DNA of 26,278 bases from Planctomycetota bacterium (GTDB taxonomy: Bacteria; Planctomycetota; UBA11346): assembly GCA_038213805.1 (NCBI GenBank), contig JBBQSO010000074.1, positions 1-26,278 on the forward strand, read 5' to 3'. The notes under the pieces are model-generated. The model made no database searches, was not told the DNA's origin, and saw nothing but the letters and a program-made list of their open reading frames with translations. Made by a program: the position numbers and the translations under genes. Positions 23,992 to 26,278 of the stretch are shown here, piece after piece; within the stretch, counting starts at the first letter, position 1; the number at the start of each line of letters is the position of its first letter.

Positions 23992-25839
23992 TCACCGCAG
24001 CGCCTTCGCCACCCGCTGCCCCAGCGCCTCCGGCGTCTTGGCGGGCAGCGAGCACGCGCCATCCACGCACAGGAACGCTGCCGGTTCCGCCAGCGTCGGC
24101 AGCTGGACGTCGGGATTGGGCAGCGCGCCGTCACGCGCGTCGAGCCACTCCAGGCGCTTGTAGACCACCGGCGCGGCCACCGCCGCGGTGAACAGCGCCT
24201 GGGCGCGCGCGTCGTCCTTGGGGCCGACCACGGTGATGTGCAGGGGCTCGGCGGCGAGCTCGGCGTCGGCGATCAGCACCGGCGCGGTCGGACGGCGTTC
24301 TGCGATGCCGGGCGCGGCGACCCAGCGGAAGGCCTGGGCGGCGAGAGCGCGGTGCGCGGCGTCGCCGGTATGGCGCGCGAGCAGGTTGGCGAAGCGCGCC
24401 AGGGCGACGTTCTCGTCGCGCTGCGGCAGCGGGGGCAGCGCCTGGCCGCGCGCCGCGGCGGTCAGGAAGCCGGCGCGCAGGGCGCCGGCGGGCGGCTCCG
24501 CCGGCTGGAAGGTCGCGGCGATGAAGTGGCCCGCGCCGCTGGCGACGTCAAGCCACGCCCGCGTGCCGGTGGCGGTGTAGAGCGCGAGCGCGGCACGACC
24601 CATGGCCAGGGTATCGCCCAGATAGATGCCATCCGCCGCGTCGCCGTCGTGACTGAAGCCGCCACCCGGCAGGGCGCGGTGCGCGAGCACCCAGGCGCCG
24701 GCGCGCTCGGCGTCGGCAAGCGCCGTGGCGTCGCCGGTGGCGGCAGAGAAGGCGACCAGCGCGGTGATCGCCCAGCCGTTCTCGCGGGCATAGCGGTGCG
24801 TGTCGATGCGCGGCATGCCGCGCGCGCGCCGGCCCACATCGTTGAGCGCGAAGTACTCCGCGCTGTGCTCGCCCTGGACCACGTCGGCGTCCTGACTGGT
24901 GAGGAAGGCGCCATCGGGACCGGTGAGGAAATCACGCAGATACTTGCGCACCGCCTGCGCCGCGGCCAGGTCCGCAGGCTGCTTCCACAGCGCGTAGGCC
25001 TGGGCGTAGGTGCGCAGCGCGCCGGTCTGAACCTCCATGATCTTCTCGAAGTGCGGCTCGCTCCACACTCCGCCGGTGGAGTACTGGTAGACGCCGCCCC
25101 ACACCGGATCGATCAGCGCGCGCGCCGCATCGAGGGTGGCGCGCGCCATGCCGGCCGCGTCGGCGTCGCCGGCTGCGCGCAGCAGGGCGAGCTCGACCCC
25201 GTCGGCATCCAGGTACTTGTGCACCGTGCCCCAACCCGCCTGCGCGCGGTCGTAACCGTCACGCCACGTCTCCAGCAGCGCGGCGCGCTGCTCCGCGGGC
25301 AGCGGCCCGTCGGCATGCGCCGCGGCGACCGGCGCTCCCACCCCGTCGGTGACCGACGGCCCGGGCGTGGGATCGTCGACGAAGGCCTGCGCCATCGACG
25401 CCATGCTGAGCGGCGCGATGTAGCCGCGGCGCTTGGCGAGTTCGCGGCCATCGCCATCGAACACCACCGTCGCCGGCCAGCCGTAGTCCTCATAGCGGTT
25501 GGCGAGGTCGGGGTGCGCGTCCTGGTCGACGCGCACCAGCAGGTACTTCGCGCGCAGCACCGCGACCACCGCCGGATCGCGGTAGGTGGTCTCGGCCATG
25601 ACAGGGCACCAATGGCACCACACCGCCTCGAGATCAAGCAGCACCAGCTTGTGCTCGCGCTTGGCGCGCGCGAAGACGTCGTCGGACCACGGCACCCAGG
25701 TCAGCGGCTCGGCGGCGGGCGCCAGCGCGGCGGGCAATGCGACCACCGTCTCGGCCCCAGCCGCGCATGGGCCATTCGTCCACATGACGACGAGCGCGAC
25801 CAGGCCGGGCAGCAGGATGGATGTGGGTGGATGCGTCAT
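23992..25839 (-). CDS. Exported YyaL/SPATA20 (DUF255)-type protein: thioredoxin-like domain + six-hairpin glycosidase-like barrel
   Basis: W.PWS...F.RAKRE.K.VLL...A.WCHWC.VM..TTY.DP, VD.D..PD, GWP.TV, D.VWGG.Y.YST...W..PHFEK, GAF..SQDAD, A.ENGW.I.AL, A.LC.DG.CSLP; hydrophobic N-terminal leader. Confidence 0.88.
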   Translation of the reverse strand: MTHPPTSILLPGLVALVVMWTNGPCAAGAETVVALPAALAPAAEPLTWVPWSDDVFARAKREHKLVLLDLEAVWCHWCPVMAETTYRDPAVVAVLRAKYLLVRVDQDAHPDLANRYEDYGWPATVVFDGDGRELAKRRGYIAPLSMASMAQAFVDDPTPGPSVTDGVGAPVAAAHADGPLPAEQRAALLETWRDGYDRAQAGWGTVHKYLDADGVELALLRAAGDADAAGMARATLDAARALIDPVWGGVYQYSTGGVWSEPHFEKIMEVQTGALRTYAQAYALWKQPADLAAAQAVRKYLRDFLTGPDGAFLTSQDADVVQGEHSAEYFALNDVGRRARGMPRIDTHRYARENGWAITALVAFSAATGDATALADAERAGAWVLAHRALPGGGFSHDGDAADGIYLGDTLAMGRAALALYTATGTRAWLDVASGAGHFIAATFQPAEPPAGALRAGFLTAAARGQALPPLPQRDENVALARFANLLARHTGDAAHRALAAQAFRWVAAPGIAERRPTAPVLIADAELAAEPLHITVVGPKDDARAQALFTAAVAAPVVYKRLEWLDARDGALPNPDVQLPTLAEPAAFLCVDGACSLPAKTPEALGQRVAKALR

Positions 25840-26124
25840 GACGACCTCGCTCGCTCACCATACGCGATCCACCCCATCGCGGATTGCCGGTTTCCACCTC
25901 GTCCACGCGCTGGACCCGCCTCCCCCCGGGGTCCAGGCCGCTCGGGCCGCTCTGCGCTCCCCCGATGCATCCTCTGCACCATTTCCGCTCCACCGCCCCT
26001 GACCTGCCCCCTTGCAGCGTGATCAAAGTCCTTTTCACTCCGCTGCATACGTCGGCCGGTGTGCAAATGACCCGCGCGCGGACGCGGAGCGCACACCATA
26101 CTCCCCCTGAGGACGATCCCCACG

Positions 26125-26278
26125 ATGCCCACCTCGCCCATCCCGATGCCGCCCGCGATGATCCTGTGCGGAGGCATGGGCACCCGCCTGCGCGACGTTA
26201 CCGAGGTGCTGCCCAAGCCGATGGTGCCGGTCGGGCCGCAGCCGATCCTGTGGCACATCATGAAGACCTACGCCGCCT
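26125..26278 (+). CDS. Sugar-1-phosphate nucleotidyltransferase, most like glucose-1-phosphate cytidylyltransferase (RfbF/DdhA); 3' truncated
   Basis: Translated by hand (absent from the ORF track): [51 protein letters not shown]. The [21 protein letters not shown] pattern is RfbF-like. In-frame ATGs at 26125, 26146 and 26158. Confidence 0.85.
   Translation, partial: MPTSPIPMPPAMILCGGMGTRLRDVTEVLPKPMVPVGPQPILWHIMKTYAA

Noticed and set aside
25910..25936. 8-bp hairpin CTGGACCC...GGGTCCAG in the divergent promoter region
   Set aside because: No U-tract, no second copy in the window, and plausible by chance at this GC content.

Overview
High-GC bacterial chromosomal window. The ClpS type and the dnaJ-grpE order suggest Planctomycetota/PVC, but this is inference only. 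In order, it carries: the 3' end of a Bat-type operon (a BatC-like TPR protein with four inserted Ig-like domains, then batD-like and batE-like genes); clpS; a CPA1 Na+/H+ antiporter; a 1005-aa membrane-anchored TPR-like protein; an exported thioredoxin/NHL-repeat protein; ribB fused to a degenerate RibA domain; panD; a single-TM hypothetical gene; rlmN; a DUF4190-creB-creC-DUF4173-like module; grpE; dnaJ; a small secreted protein; argG; an exported YyaL/DUF255-type protein; and the start of a sugar-1-phosphate cytidylyltransferase gene. No rRNA, tRNA, CRISPR array or transposase was seen. The most notable non-coding signals are: (i) four TCCAC pentamers in exact 11-bp phase between creC and the DUF4173-like gene, a variant cre-tag suggesting a CreBC system whose target is not creD; (ii) a REPIN-like element with 28-bp arms after argG; (iii) a 184-bp element with 35-bp inverted ends that supplies the rlmN C-terminus and stop codon; (iv) a (CGCTTCT)6.7 heptamer repeat; (v) a sigma54-like -24/-12 motif upstream of dnaJ. 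All family calls were made by eye from motifs; no database search was run.
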